Positions 23,586-32,400 of a stretch of DNA of 64,000 nucleotides are shown here, piece by piece. The notes beneath the pieces are model-generated. The model saw nothing but the letters and a program-made list of their open reading frames with translations. It searched no databases and was not told where the DNA came from. The DNA lies in the NCBI GenBank assembly GCA_963816145.1, contig CAWFJP010000003.1, positions 480,001 through 544,000 of the forward strand, read 5' to 3'. The position numbers and the translations under genes are program-made. Numbering within the stretch: position 1 is the stretch's first letter; each line of letters opens with the position of its first letter. The stretch comes from an uncultured delta proteobacterium (lineage in GTDB: Bacteria > Desulfobacterota > Binatia > UBA9968).

Positions 23586-23882
23586 ATGAGCAACTTTGAG
23601 AGTTTACTCCGCGAGGACCCCGAAGCCTTGATCGACCTGCTGGAAGATATCGTCGCATCGTATCAGGATAACGACTCACGCCCGGCCGACGCGTTAAATC
23701 TATACCGGCAACGAGTTACACTGGGTGCGAGCTATCGGGTCAAACTCGCCAAGGGGTTTGTTGTCGTCGACGGTGGAGCGAGTCATCGACCGGTTCGCCG
23801 GTACCGCAAATCGAACGGCCAGTTTGACCAGTCCCACCTCAAGCTGGTGGCGAAAAACATGTTCCCCGTCGCGACACCCTAG
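23586..23882 (+). CDS. Hypothetical protein
   Basis: 98-aa ORF with GAGG RBS; no family recognised. Confidence 0.4.
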   Translation: MSNFESLLREDPEALIDLLEDIVASYQDNDSRPADALNLYRQRVTLGASYRVKLAKGFVVVDGGASHRPVRRYRKSNGQFDQSHLKLVAKNMFPVATP

Positions 23883-23921
23883 CCTGCCGAACAACGCGTC
23901 CAACCTTCCGGCGCCAACCAC

Positions 23922-24887
23922 TCAGCCTTGCCAATCATAAAACAACCCTGAGTAGTCGGTCGCATAACTGCCACCCTGCTTAACGCCGCGGGGAAACTGC
24001 GCTGCTTGGGGAATGTCCTTGCCGCAGTAAATCTCAAACAAATTGCCCGACGGATCGCGAAAATACATCAGCCCTTTCTTGCCATCGCGCGTCCAAGGCC
24101 CTGGCGCTACGACGCCGTTGCCCTTGAGCCAATCGATCATCGGTAGAAAATTCTCGCCATCTGCGTAAAACGCGTAATGCGGATACTCGGCATGCCGTCC
24201 GGTCCAAACCCCGCTCCGGGTCGACAGTCCGACGATCGCACCGGCGACTCGTACTTCGGTAAAGGTCGCGGGATCGCTGGTCGCCATCGGTTCGCCGCCC
24301 ATGACTTCGATGAAAAATCGCTTCGCCTGTTCGATATCCTTCACCGGAACGCTCAAGTGGGCGAAGCTCGCCAACCGCGGCCGGTTCAACGTCGAGGTGG
24401 CAACCCTGCCGTTCCAGTGATAGTTAAGCGCCGCGAGCGGTAGCGGCACTCCACCCTGGCGCGGTCCCAAGGCTAGGTTATTAATTTCTCCGTAGCCGCT
24501 CTCACAGTAGAGCTCGAGCAAATTTCCCGATGGATCGCGAAAATAGAGCAGCGCAGTTTTGTAATTGCGCGTCCACCCATGGGTCGGCACGCCGCAGCCA
24601 TCGAGCCACGGTTGCGCTAAAGCGAAATCCTTCGGGTCGATATTAAATCCGTAGTGCGGATACTCGGCGTCCCAGCCGGTCCAGCCTTCCGATTGTTCCG
24701 ACAGGCCGACAATCAGGCCTGCCAGCATCACCTCGGCAAAGCCCGGCGTGTCGTGATATAGCTCACCGCCCAAGACTTCAATGTAGAACCGCTTCGATTC
24801 CGCGAGATCGCGGCAGGGTAAACTTACATGATGAAGATAGGCGAACTGTGGATGGGTCGAGAGTGTGTGGGAAGCCAGGTTTTCCAT
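23922..24887 (-). CDS. Tandem two-domain VOC/glyoxalase family protein
   Basis: Internal duplication HxSxPxxD…F…EVxGGE…AEYPHYxF…YFRDPSGNLxExYC, present twice. Confidence 0.85.
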   Translation of the reverse strand: MENLASHTLSTHPQFAYLHHVSLPCRDLAESKRFYIEVLGGELYHDTPGFAEVMLAGLIVGLSEQSEGWTGWDAEYPHYGFNIDPKDFALAQPWLDGCGVPTHGWTRNYKTALLYFRDPSGNLLELYCESGYGEINNLALGPRQGGVPLPLAALNYHWNGRVATSTLNRPRLASFAHLSVPVKDIEQAKRFFIEVMGGEPMATSDPATFTEVRVAGAIVGLSTRSGVWTGRHAEYPHYAFYADGENFLPMIDWLKGNGVVAPGPWTRDGKKGLMYFRDPSGNLFEIYCGKDIPQAAQFPRGVKQGGSYATDYSGLFYDWQG

Positions 24888-25136
24888 GGTTCGGCTCCTA
24901 ATTGAATAGCTGAACGGAGTCTTACACCAAACATTCAACACCGACAAGGTAATTCGTCTTGACCAGCATCTGTAGGTTCCAATTCACCAACTAACCCAAG
25001 AATTTCTGGTTTCAACGTTCAACGTATACTCGAGCGGTTGCTGGACAGCATCCCGGAGCGCCAAAAGCGTCAACCTAGCGGGCCCCGCACGGGCGGGCGC
25101 CTCCAGATCGGCCAAAAGAGTAAACTGCGAGATTTG

Positions 25137-25164
25137 GTAAACCTTTCCCCTTTGGCGCCGTCTA
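25137..25164 (+). promoter_or_regulatory. Putative ECF-sigma promoter
   Basis: GTAAAC-N16-CGTCTA (AAC/CGT pattern) about 35 nt upstream of the Spy/CpxP-like gene. Confidence 0.5.
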
Positions 25165-25198
25165 ATCGATCAAAATCTCACACCCTTAAGGAGGGAAT

Positions 25199-25711
25199 AT
25201 GAATAAAGTAACAGCTTTAATATTCGGTGGTGCGGCGCTGGCGGCGGTCGCGCTGGTCTCCGCACCCATGGCAGCAGCCCCGGACGGAGGCGGACCCGGT
25301 GGCGGACCCTTTGCCCATCGCGCCCGTATGGGCGGTGGGTTTGGCGGCGGCGCGCCGTTGATCAACATCGCGCTCCAGCATAAGAGCGAGCTCAACTTGG
25401 CCACCGATCAGGTAGCTAATCTGGAAAAAATCAAGAGCCACTACCAAAGCCAGGTGGCCCCGCTGCACCAACAGATCCAAACGGCCGAAAAGGAGATCGC
25501 CACCCTGAGCCAGCAATCGCCGGCGAACTTGATTCAGATCAAGGCAAAGATTCAGGAGACTGAGAAGGTCCGGTCGGAGCTTCGTTACCTGGGGGTCGAA
25601 GCGTTGGAAAATGGCCGGTCGGTGCTAACCGTCCAACAGCGTGACCAGCTGAAGACCCTGATAGGCTCTCGCCAGCAGAATTTCCGCCAGATGCACAAGC
25701 AACCGTCGTAA
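25199..25711 (+). CDS. Spy/CpxP-family periplasmic chaperone
   Basis: Signal peptide, Gly-rich linker, ELNLATDQ and VLTVQQRDQL (LTxxQ) motifs; RBS AAGGAGG. Confidence 0.75.
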   Translation: MNKVTALIFGGAALAAVALVSAPMAAAPDGGGPGGGPFAHRARMGGGFGGGAPLINIALQHKSELNLATDQVANLEKIKSHYQSQVAPLHQQIQTAEKEIATLSQQSPANLIQIKAKIQETEKVRSELRYLGVEALENGRSVLTVQQRDQLKTLIGSRQQNFRQMHKQPS

Positions 25712-25737
25712 AAAACAAGGTAATGATTCGAGCCAAT

Positions 25738-25773
25738 GGCGGTCAAGCTCAGCGAAGCTTGGCCGCCTTTTAT
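25738..25773 (+). terminator. Intrinsic terminator
   Basis: GGCGGTCAAGCT/AGCTTGGCCGCC stem followed by TTTT. Confidence 0.65.
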
Positions 25774-25851
25774 TCAGGCGAACCGACAGCAAGGCCCAGC
25801 TGATGCATTGTCGGCGAAAGTTCGGTAAAATTATCGGGAGATTAAGTAACG

Positions 25852-26505
25852 ATGATCACCACGGTTATTTTCGATCTCGATGGCCTGCTGGCCGACACCG
25901 AGCGGCTCCATTGCCAAGCTTACCAGATGGCGCTGCTTGAACACGGTGTCCAACTCACCGAAGCGGACTACGGTGAGCATTGGGTGCGCTGCGGCAAAGG
26001 GATCTATGAGTGGGTCGGCCAACAGGGGCTTGAACTCGATCCCGGCGCGTTACGAGCCCGCAAGGCGACGCACTACCAGGAATTGCTACGCTCGTCGCTG
26101 CGTCCCATGGAGGGCGCCGAAGCGCTGTTAAATCGATTAACCGGCAATATGCGCATCGGTCTCGCCTCCTCTTCCCATCGCGACGCGGTCGACGGCGTCA
26201 TTTATGGTTTAGGGATCGCCAACTATTTTGAAACCATCGTTAGCGGCCTCGATGTCGCCCGAGTGAAGCCGGCGCCGGATATTTTCCTTGAAACCGCTAA
26301 TCGTCTTGGCGTCGCTCCCACCGAATGCGCCGTACTTGAAGACGCTGAGAAAGGCGTACTCGCGGCCCACGCCGCCGGCATGCGCTGCGTAGCCGTGCCC
26401 AATGATTACACACGGCAACATGATTTTTCCAAAGCGAGTCATATTTGCTCGTCGCTCAACGACGTTACGGTCAATTTATTGCGAGACCTCGGAATAAACT
26501 TGTAG
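25852..26505 (+). CDS. HAD-family phosphatase (beta-PGM/CbbY-like)
   Basis: FDLDGLLADTE, KPAPDIF, LEDAEKG motifs. Confidence 0.9.
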   Translation: MITTVIFDLDGLLADTERLHCQAYQMALLEHGVQLTEADYGEHWVRCGKGIYEWVGQQGLELDPGALRARKATHYQELLRSSLRPMEGAEALLNRLTGNMRIGLASSSHRDAVDGVIYGLGIANYFETIVSGLDVARVKPAPDIFLETANRLGVAPTECAVLEDAEKGVLAAHAAGMRCVAVPNDYTRQHDFSKASHICSSLNDVTVNLLRDLGINL

Positions 26506-26528
26506 ACGGAGCAACTATTTTTAGCTCT

Positions 26529-27251
26529 ATGGCCGCCTTTCTGCACAAGTATTTCTCGCTTCTCCTAGTGCTTTCGTTGCTCGCTCCGCTTTGGCTCGGC
26601 GTCGTTTCGGCGCCGGCACCGGAACTCCCCGGCGCGCTTCATACCGCTACGGTTTGGAGCGGCATACTTCTGGGAGGATGGACGGTTCTCCGCTTTATCC
26701 AGCGTTACCATGTACGAGGAATTTGGCGCAGCCCGACCCGGCAGGAGTCGTCCTTATACATGCGACTGTTGCTCGCCGTGTTACTGGTCGACTTCGGATC
26801 GAAAGCATTGTTCTTTCGCTGGGATCGCCCGGAACAAGTGGAGATCTTTCCAAACTTTGGCCTCCATTCGGTTTTTCATGTGACCCAATTCGAGACTTTT
26901 CACATTTATTTAATCCTTTACTTCGCCTATGGCTTTCTCCTCGGACCGTTGTTTTTCCGCTTCGCCAATCCGGCCCTCGACCGGCTCTGGCTCGGATCGG
27001 CTCCCTTCGCCTTGGGCGGCGCCTTGGCGCTGAGCTTCGAACGCTACCTCTTCGGCGGGGTGCACAATTCATTCTACGTCGCCGGACCGCTCATGTGGAT
27101 TTGCCCGCCATGTGCATCGCCGGCGTTTAGCAGTTACGCCTGGACCCCAGCCGACTTTTTCGTCCACGCGGCGATACTCCCCTTCTTCATTTTGTTGTTG
27201 TCTTACTTCCCCTCGACTCGACCATCTGTTGGCGAGATCAACGGTCGATGA
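26529..27251 (+). CDS. Divergent signal peptidase II (LspA/A8)-like membrane protein with N-terminal extension
   Basis: VLLVDFGSK, VEIFPNFGLH, GGALALSFERYLFGGVHNSF and WTPADFF align in order with LspA motifs; first catalytic Asp is Asn. Confidence 0.6.
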   Translation: MAAFLHKYFSLLLVLSLLAPLWLGVVSAPAPELPGALHTATVWSGILLGGWTVLRFIQRYHVRGIWRSPTRQESSLYMRLLLAVLLVDFGSKALFFRWDRPEQVEIFPNFGLHSVFHVTQFETFHIYLILYFAYGFLLGPLFFRFANPALDRLWLGSAPFALGGALALSFERYLFGGVHNSFYVAGPLMWICPPCASPAFSSYAWTPADFFVHAAILPFFILLLSYFPSTRPSVGEINGR

Positions 27252-27358
27252 GTCCGCGTCGAGGACCGGGCACGGCCCGGGAAAACTCTCTTGCAGTCAG
27301 CGAAACCCTATCGTAGGTTGATGGACCAAGAATTTAGATAAGGAGCTAAAGATTCATT

Positions 27359-28357
27359 ATGGCCTCAGCTGAATTGATCGTCGACGTCCATCACCACTAT
27401 ATGCCGGCCCAACTGTTCGATCGTCTCGCCGCCCAAGCCGGCGGCAAACGGATCGTCACCAAGGAAATCAGTCTAACGCTGCACCCATCGCGCAAAGACC
27501 TCGACGCCCACATCAAAGCGATGGACGAAGCCGGGGTCACGGTATCGATCCTCACCGACCAAGTGCAGGTCATGGGCGCTGACGTGGCCCGCGCCTTGAA
27601 CGACGGCGTCGCCGCGGTGGAGAAAAAACACCCGACGCGCTTTCGCAGCGCAATCCATATGGCGATACACGAACCCGAAAACGCCAAGCGTGAGCTCGAG
27701 CGCGGCATCCATGAACTCGGACTGCGCTCGGTCGCCCTGCTCGCCTGTCACCTCGATATCCAGCTCGACAACCCGCAAATGTTTCCGCTTTACGAGATCA
27801 TTCAAAAGAACCATTTGCCGATCATTATTCACCCCCAATCCAAACCGACCGGTTCGGAGACAACCTACAGCTTGGACCGCTGCGTGTTTCGGCCGCTCGA
27901 AACCACCCAAGCGATCGTGCGCATCATGAACGCGGTCCTACCGCGTTTTCCCGAACTGCGCTTCATCATCCCACATCTGGGCGGGGCAGCGTCGTCGCTC
28001 AAAGGGCGCATGATGGCGTTTTTCGAAACCGATGACGCGCCGATTCCGGCGGATATGCGCGGCTATTTGAAAACTCAAAACGAACAGAAAAAGTTCGGCG
28101 TCACGGAAAGATTTGAAAAACTATTTCAGCGCTTATATTTCGATACTGCCGGAACCGGCGCCTGGCTGCCGTCGATGGCCGCGGCTTTGAATATCACCAC
28201 CGCCGACCGCATCATGTTTGGTAGCGACTATCCGCTCGAGTGCAAGAGCGCCGCGAACATCATCGAGTCCATCGATATGGTGCGCCAAGCGCCCTGCTCA
28301 AGCGCGGACAAAACCGCAATCCTAGGCAATACCGCCGCCGGCGTTTTCAATCTATGA
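27359..28357 (+). CDS. Amidohydrolase_2 family (ACMSD-like decarboxylase/hydratase)
   Basis: VDVHHH, IIHP, PHLGG, YFDTA, MFGSDYP motifs. Confidence 0.85.
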   Translation: MASAELIVDVHHHYMPAQLFDRLAAQAGGKRIVTKEISLTLHPSRKDLDAHIKAMDEAGVTVSILTDQVQVMGADVARALNDGVAAVEKKHPTRFRSAIHMAIHEPENAKRELERGIHELGLRSVALLACHLDIQLDNPQMFPLYEIIQKNHLPIIIHPQSKPTGSETTYSLDRCVFRPLETTQAIVRIMNAVLPRFPELRFIIPHLGGAASSLKGRMMAFFETDDAPIPADMRGYLKTQNEQKKFGVTERFEKLFQRLYFDTAGTGAWLPSMAAALNITTADRIMFGSDYPLECKSAANIIESIDMVRQAPCSSADKTAILGNTAAGVFNL

Positions 28358-28917
28358 AGATATTTTTCATGGGCGCGCTCGTTGCATTACTTGCAGCAAG
28401 CGCGCCGGTGGAGAATCGACCGCGTCAAAGCGAACTGCCGACATCCGGTCGGTTCGACCCGACAGCCAAGGTCAACGTTCCGGTTATCCTGTGCATCGAT
28501 GACAAACCGACCCTAGGCGGGCAACCCTCGGGCGATGCTTACGCCAAGGCCGCGGCCAATGGCTTTCGCTCGGTGCTTACGCTGCGATCACCGAAAGACG
28601 GCGTGGACACGTTGCGCGAGCGCTTCTTGGTGGAAAATAACCGGATGCGCTACTTCAATATTCCAACCGCCAAATCGATACCGAACACCAAGCAGGTCGA
28701 CGAATTTCTCCAGCTCACCGCAGACCCAAACAATCATCCGATGTTGGTCAATTGCGCCTTCGCCGAGCGGGTCGCTCCCTACATGATGATTTTCCGCATC
28801 CGGGAGGAAGGCTGGAGTGAACAAAATGCCCTGGAGGAAGCCGTTCGATTAGGACTGCCGCAAGACGAAATGCGCAAGTTTGCCCGCAGCTATTTAACAC
28901 TGCGATCAGTGAAATGA
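28354..28917 (+). CDS. Exported DUF442/Blh-like (PTP/sulfurtransferase fold) protein
   Basis: Signal-like N-terminus, GGQP, GFRSVLTLR, PMLVNCAFAER (CX4R); ATGA overlap with the upstream gene. Confidence 0.6.
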   Translation: MKIFFMGALVALLAASAPVENRPRQSELPTSGRFDPTAKVNVPVILCIDDKPTLGGQPSGDAYAKAAANGFRSVLTLRSPKDGVDTLRERFLVENNRMRYFNIPTAKSIPNTKQVDEFLQLTADPNNHPMLVNCAFAERVAPYMMIFRIREEGWSEQNALEEAVRLGLPQDEMRKFARSYLTLRSVK

Positions 28918-29471
28918 TCCGGTGTCACAAGGGCACTTAAACAAGTCTGGATAAGAATCTTAGGATCCGAGTCAAAGAACAGTTTACCAAGGCTCGGTTT
29001 CCGACAGACCTCGACGATTTTCTTGATGTGATCCGCCACCCCGCCGCTGCCCTGTAAAACACCTATCACCTTGCCCTCATCGTAAGCGATGGTGAATTCG
29101 TTCAAAGTTCCGGTGGCACCGCCCAAAATGATCACGATGTCTGACGAGCGAATGTTAATGACGTTGCGCCCCTTGTATCCAAACCCCGTGTAAACGATCA
29201 CATCCGCGCCGTCATCGGGCAAGCCGTAGCGCTGCACATGCTGAGCGTTATTCTCAGCGGGCGAAATTCCCAAAGCAAACCCACCTTGCTTGCGAAACGC
29301 AGTGGCCACCATGGCTGGTAACCCCGTCGTCGCCCCGGTGACCAAGAAACAGTCCGCTTGCGCAATTGCGGTCCCCAGACATTCAGCAAGTTGTTGCAAT
29401 CGCACCGACGCAATATGACTGAGACCATCATTTGCCGAGGCGCCCATGACGCCGATGACTAGCTTGCGCAT
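28890..29471 (-). CDS. LOG/SLOG family (TIGR00725-like) protein
   Basis: IGVMG, VTGATTG, TGFGYKGRNVINIRSSD, GTLNEFTIA motifs. Confidence 0.8.
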   Translation of the reverse strand: MRKLVIGVMGASANDGLSHIASVRLQQLAECLGTAIAQADCFLVTGATTGLPAMVATAFRKQGGFALGISPAENNAQHVQRYGLPDDGADVIVYTGFGYKGRNVINIRSSDIVIILGGATGTLNEFTIAYDEGKVIGVLQGSGGVADHIKKIVEVCRKPSLGKLFFDSDPKILIQTCLSALVTPDHFTDRSVK

Positions 29472-29531
29472 AGCTCCCTCCAAATCGGATTTTTGATTGA
29501 CAGCAGCACAAGTTTTGATAGTTTCGCGCCA

Positions 29532-30569
29532 ATGGTCAAAATCTATGTGCGAATCGGTCTGCCTTCCGCCGCGCTCGTTTTCATCCTAACAATCGCCGAG
29601 AGTTTCACAACCAGTTTCGCGGCGGAAGTCGCGCTCTTCGAGAAGGCTAAGGCTGAAGGCAAGTTGGTCGCCTATCTAGCCATGAACGCTGCCGATGCGG
29701 TCACGGTTCAAGCCAGCTTTGAAAAGAAATATTCAGCCATTAAAGTCGAACTCGTGCGCATGGGCGCGCCCTCTATCTTGCAAAGGATTTTGACTGAGCA
29801 GCGCGGGGGGAAGACTTTCGCCGATGTCGTGCTAGGCTTTGGCTTTGTCCACTATGAACTGGCCCAACAAAAACTTCTTGCCAAGTACGACTCGCCCGAG
29901 CGCAAAAACTATGTCGGCCAATTCAAGGATGCTGAAGGGTATTGGACAAACGTCATGCCCATCGTCCACACCATCGCCTACAACTCCACACTTGTACCCA
30001 GCAGCGAACTGCCGACCCGTTACGCCGACCTTTTGCAGCCAAAATGGCAAGGTCGATTAGGCTTGAACAGCAACAACTTAATGTTCCTGGCCGCTATGAT
30101 GGCCCATTTCGGCAGGGATGCCGGCATGGATTTCTTACAAAAGCTTGCAGCCCAATCACCACAGGTGCGCAGCGGTGGTACCTTACTAGCAACCTTGGTT
30201 GCCGCCGGTGAGTTTCCTTTAGGATTTTCGATCAACGAAAACAACGTCGAGAATTTGAGACTCAAAGGAGCGCCCGTGGATTGGCTGAAACCGGCCGACC
30301 CATTCTACGGGGAACTGGTGCCCATCGGCATCATGGCGGGAGCGGCGCATCCGAATGCGGCGCGGCTTTTTATCGATTATGTGTTGTCGAAAGAAGGACA
30401 GGAGCTATTTCGCAATATGGGAAAGATCCCGGCGCGCGGCGATGTCACGCCCAAGATCAATCTCGATCGCGATAAGATCCGCATGATTCCGCCGGAAGAA
30501 TCGGCGCGGACCAATTATTACGCCAAGCTTTTCGATGACCTGTTCGTGAAACGGACGACGGTCAAATGA
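29532..30569 (+). CDS. Extracellular solute-binding protein (AfuA-like)
   Basis: AKAEGKLVAY, AYNSTLV, LLQPKWQGR, AAHPNAARLFIDYVLSKEGQ motifs. Confidence 0.8.
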   Translation: MVKIYVRIGLPSAALVFILTIAESFTTSFAAEVALFEKAKAEGKLVAYLAMNAADAVTVQASFEKKYSAIKVELVRMGAPSILQRILTEQRGGKTFADVVLGFGFVHYELAQQKLLAKYDSPERKNYVGQFKDAEGYWTNVMPIVHTIAYNSTLVPSSELPTRYADLLQPKWQGRLGLNSNNLMFLAAMMAHFGRDAGMDFLQKLAAQSPQVRSGGTLLATLVAAGEFPLGFSINENNVENLRLKGAPVDWLKPADPFYGELVPIGIMAGAAHPNAARLFIDYVLSKEGQELFRNMGKIPARGDVTPKINLDRDKIRMIPPEESARTNYYAKLFDDLFVKRTTVK

Positions 30570-31761
30570 CTTTATCGCGCTGCAACCCTTCTATGGCGGC
30601 GGCATCGTAACCCAGCTCAGACAGGATCGCCGCATTATTCTCACCTAGACCTGGAATGCGGTCATAGCGCGCGTCGCTCTTCGACATCTTAAGCGCATTG
30701 GCGATCACCGGAATCTTGCCCACTGGCGACTCTGCCTCTCGTATCAACTTGCGGGCCACCACCTGAGGATGCGCCAGCACTTGCGCGATGCCGCGCACGA
30801 TGCCGTGCGGCAGATCGGCTTTTTTCAGTTGTACCAGCCAATGTTGGTGGTCGCGGGACGCGAAAATATTCTCGATGGTTTCTTCCAGCGCGTTGCGGTT
30901 CTTGCGCCGATCTTGAACCGTGGCGAAGCGCCCGTCGGTCAGCAATTCCGGCTTTTCGATCACGACTTTACAAAATACATCCCAATCCGCCGGACTCGCC
31001 ACAGCCAAATTCACATACTCGCCGTCGCCGGCCAAATACGGGCCGTAGGGACAAACATAATGATGCCGCATACCGACCCGGCCGGGCTCCTCTCCGGCAT
31101 GCCAATAATGATGCGGGAAATATCCAAGCCAGGAGACGATGGAATCGAGCATGGAAACATCGACGAGCTGACCCTCCCCGGTCTTTTCCCGCTGGTAGAG
31201 CGCGAGCAAAATACCAATCGCCGCGTACATGCCGGATGCGATATCGGCGATGGCGATGCCGGCGCGCGCCGGCTTGTCCGGATAACCGGTGGTGGCGATG
31301 ATCCCGCCTTCGCCCTGAATCAGCAGATCGTAGGCTTTCACGTCGCGATAAGGACCGTCTTGACCGTAACCGGAGAGCGAGCAATAGATCAGCCGCGGAT
31401 TGAGTTCAGACAATTTTTCGTAACCGAGCCCAAGCCGGCCGGCGACGCCGGGGGCATAGTTCTCGAAGAAGATATCCGATTGCTGCGCCAGCTTTTGAAG
31501 TATTTCCCGCCCCTGATCTTTCTTCACATCCAGCGTCAAGCTGCGTTTGTTGCGATTGAGCCAAACGTAACCGGAGGACAGACCCTTCACGACCGAATCC
31601 CAGGAGCGAATCACATCACCCACGCCCGGTCGCTCGACCTTGATTACCTCCGCCCCCATGTCCGCCAGCAAACAAGTCGCGAACGGCCCCGAGAGCACCT
31701 GCTCGAAAGCAAGAATCTTAACTCCATCCAGCGCTCGCAAGGGTTTCGAATTACTGGCCAC
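30562..31761 (-). CDS. Family III CoA-transferase (CaiB/BaiF)
   Basis: SGPFATCLLADMGAEVIKVE, NRNKRS, SGYGQDGPY, IADIASG motifs. Confidence 0.9.
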   Translation of the reverse strand: MASNSKPLRALDGVKILAFEQVLSGPFATCLLADMGAEVIKVERPGVGDVIRSWDSVVKGLSSGYVWLNRNKRSLTLDVKKDQGREILQKLAQQSDIFFENYAPGVAGRLGLGYEKLSELNPRLIYCSLSGYGQDGPYRDVKAYDLLIQGEGGIIATTGYPDKPARAGIAIADIASGMYAAIGILLALYQREKTGEGQLVDVSMLDSIVSWLGYFPHHYWHAGEEPGRVGMRHHYVCPYGPYLAGDGEYVNLAVASPADWDVFCKVVIEKPELLTDGRFATVQDRRKNRNALEETIENIFASRDHQHWLVQLKKADLPHGIVRGIAQVLAHPQVVARKLIREAESPVGKIPVIANALKMSKSDARYDRIPGLGENNAAILSELGYDAAAIEGLQRDKVI

Positions 31762-31826
31762 ACTTACCTCGGTTTTCTTGAATGACGTTTTGAACGGCTT
31801 GAATGATTTAAACCTATTGAACGAGT

Positions 31827-32336
31827 CTATTTCTTGTCTTCTTTAATTTCCGGAAACAAATCGTTCTTCGGCGCGAACGCTTTCTTCCAAACCATCACGC
31901 TGCGGGCGTAATCGATCACCACCTTACCCTCCTGCTGGATACCGCGGGTGCGCACTTTGAGGATGCCCCATTGCGGTTTCGACTTAGACTCGCGCTTCTC
32001 CAGCACTTCGGATTCGGAATAAAGCGTGTCGCCGGCGAATAACGGATTAGGCAGCGTAATGCCGTCCCAGCCCAGGGCAAAGCCGTTCTCGCTCACGTCG
32101 GCCACACCCATGCCGGCGACAATAGCCAAAGTTAACGCGCTGTTGATCAAGCACTTGCCGAATTCGGTGCGCTTGCCGTACTCGTTGTTGAAATGAATTT
32201 GATTGGTGTTGTTGGTCAGCAAAGTAAACCAGATATTATCCGCTTCCGTGACCGTGCGACCGAGACGGCAACGGTAAATATCACCGATCTCGAAGTCTTC
32301 GAAAAAACGACCTTCCCAGCCTGGCTTAACGGCCAT
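31827..32336 (-). CDS. MaoC-family (R)-hydratase, RipB/itaconyl-CoA hydratase-like
   Basis: GRFFEDF, GRTVTEADNIWFTLLT…IHFN, PLFAGDTLYSESEVL motifs. Confidence 0.85.
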   Translation of the reverse strand: MAVKPGWEGRFFEDFEIGDIYRCRLGRTVTEADNIWFTLLTNNTNQIHFNNEYGKRTEFGKCLINSALTLAIVAGMGVADVSENGFALGWDGITLPNPLFAGDTLYSESEVLEKRESKSKPQWGILKVRTRGIQQEGKVVIDYARSVMVWKKAFAPKNDLFPEIKEDKK

Positions 32337-32400
32337 GACACTCCTCCTCTTTTGGCGCTAAAAACATTAGGTTATAGTCTACCGACTATAGGAGGCATCG

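Noticed and set aside
30769-31785. 338-aa plus-strand ORF (and similar long antisense ORFs such as 51602..52564 and 46264..47139)
   Set aside because: Antisense shadows of well-supported genes with no recognisable motifs.
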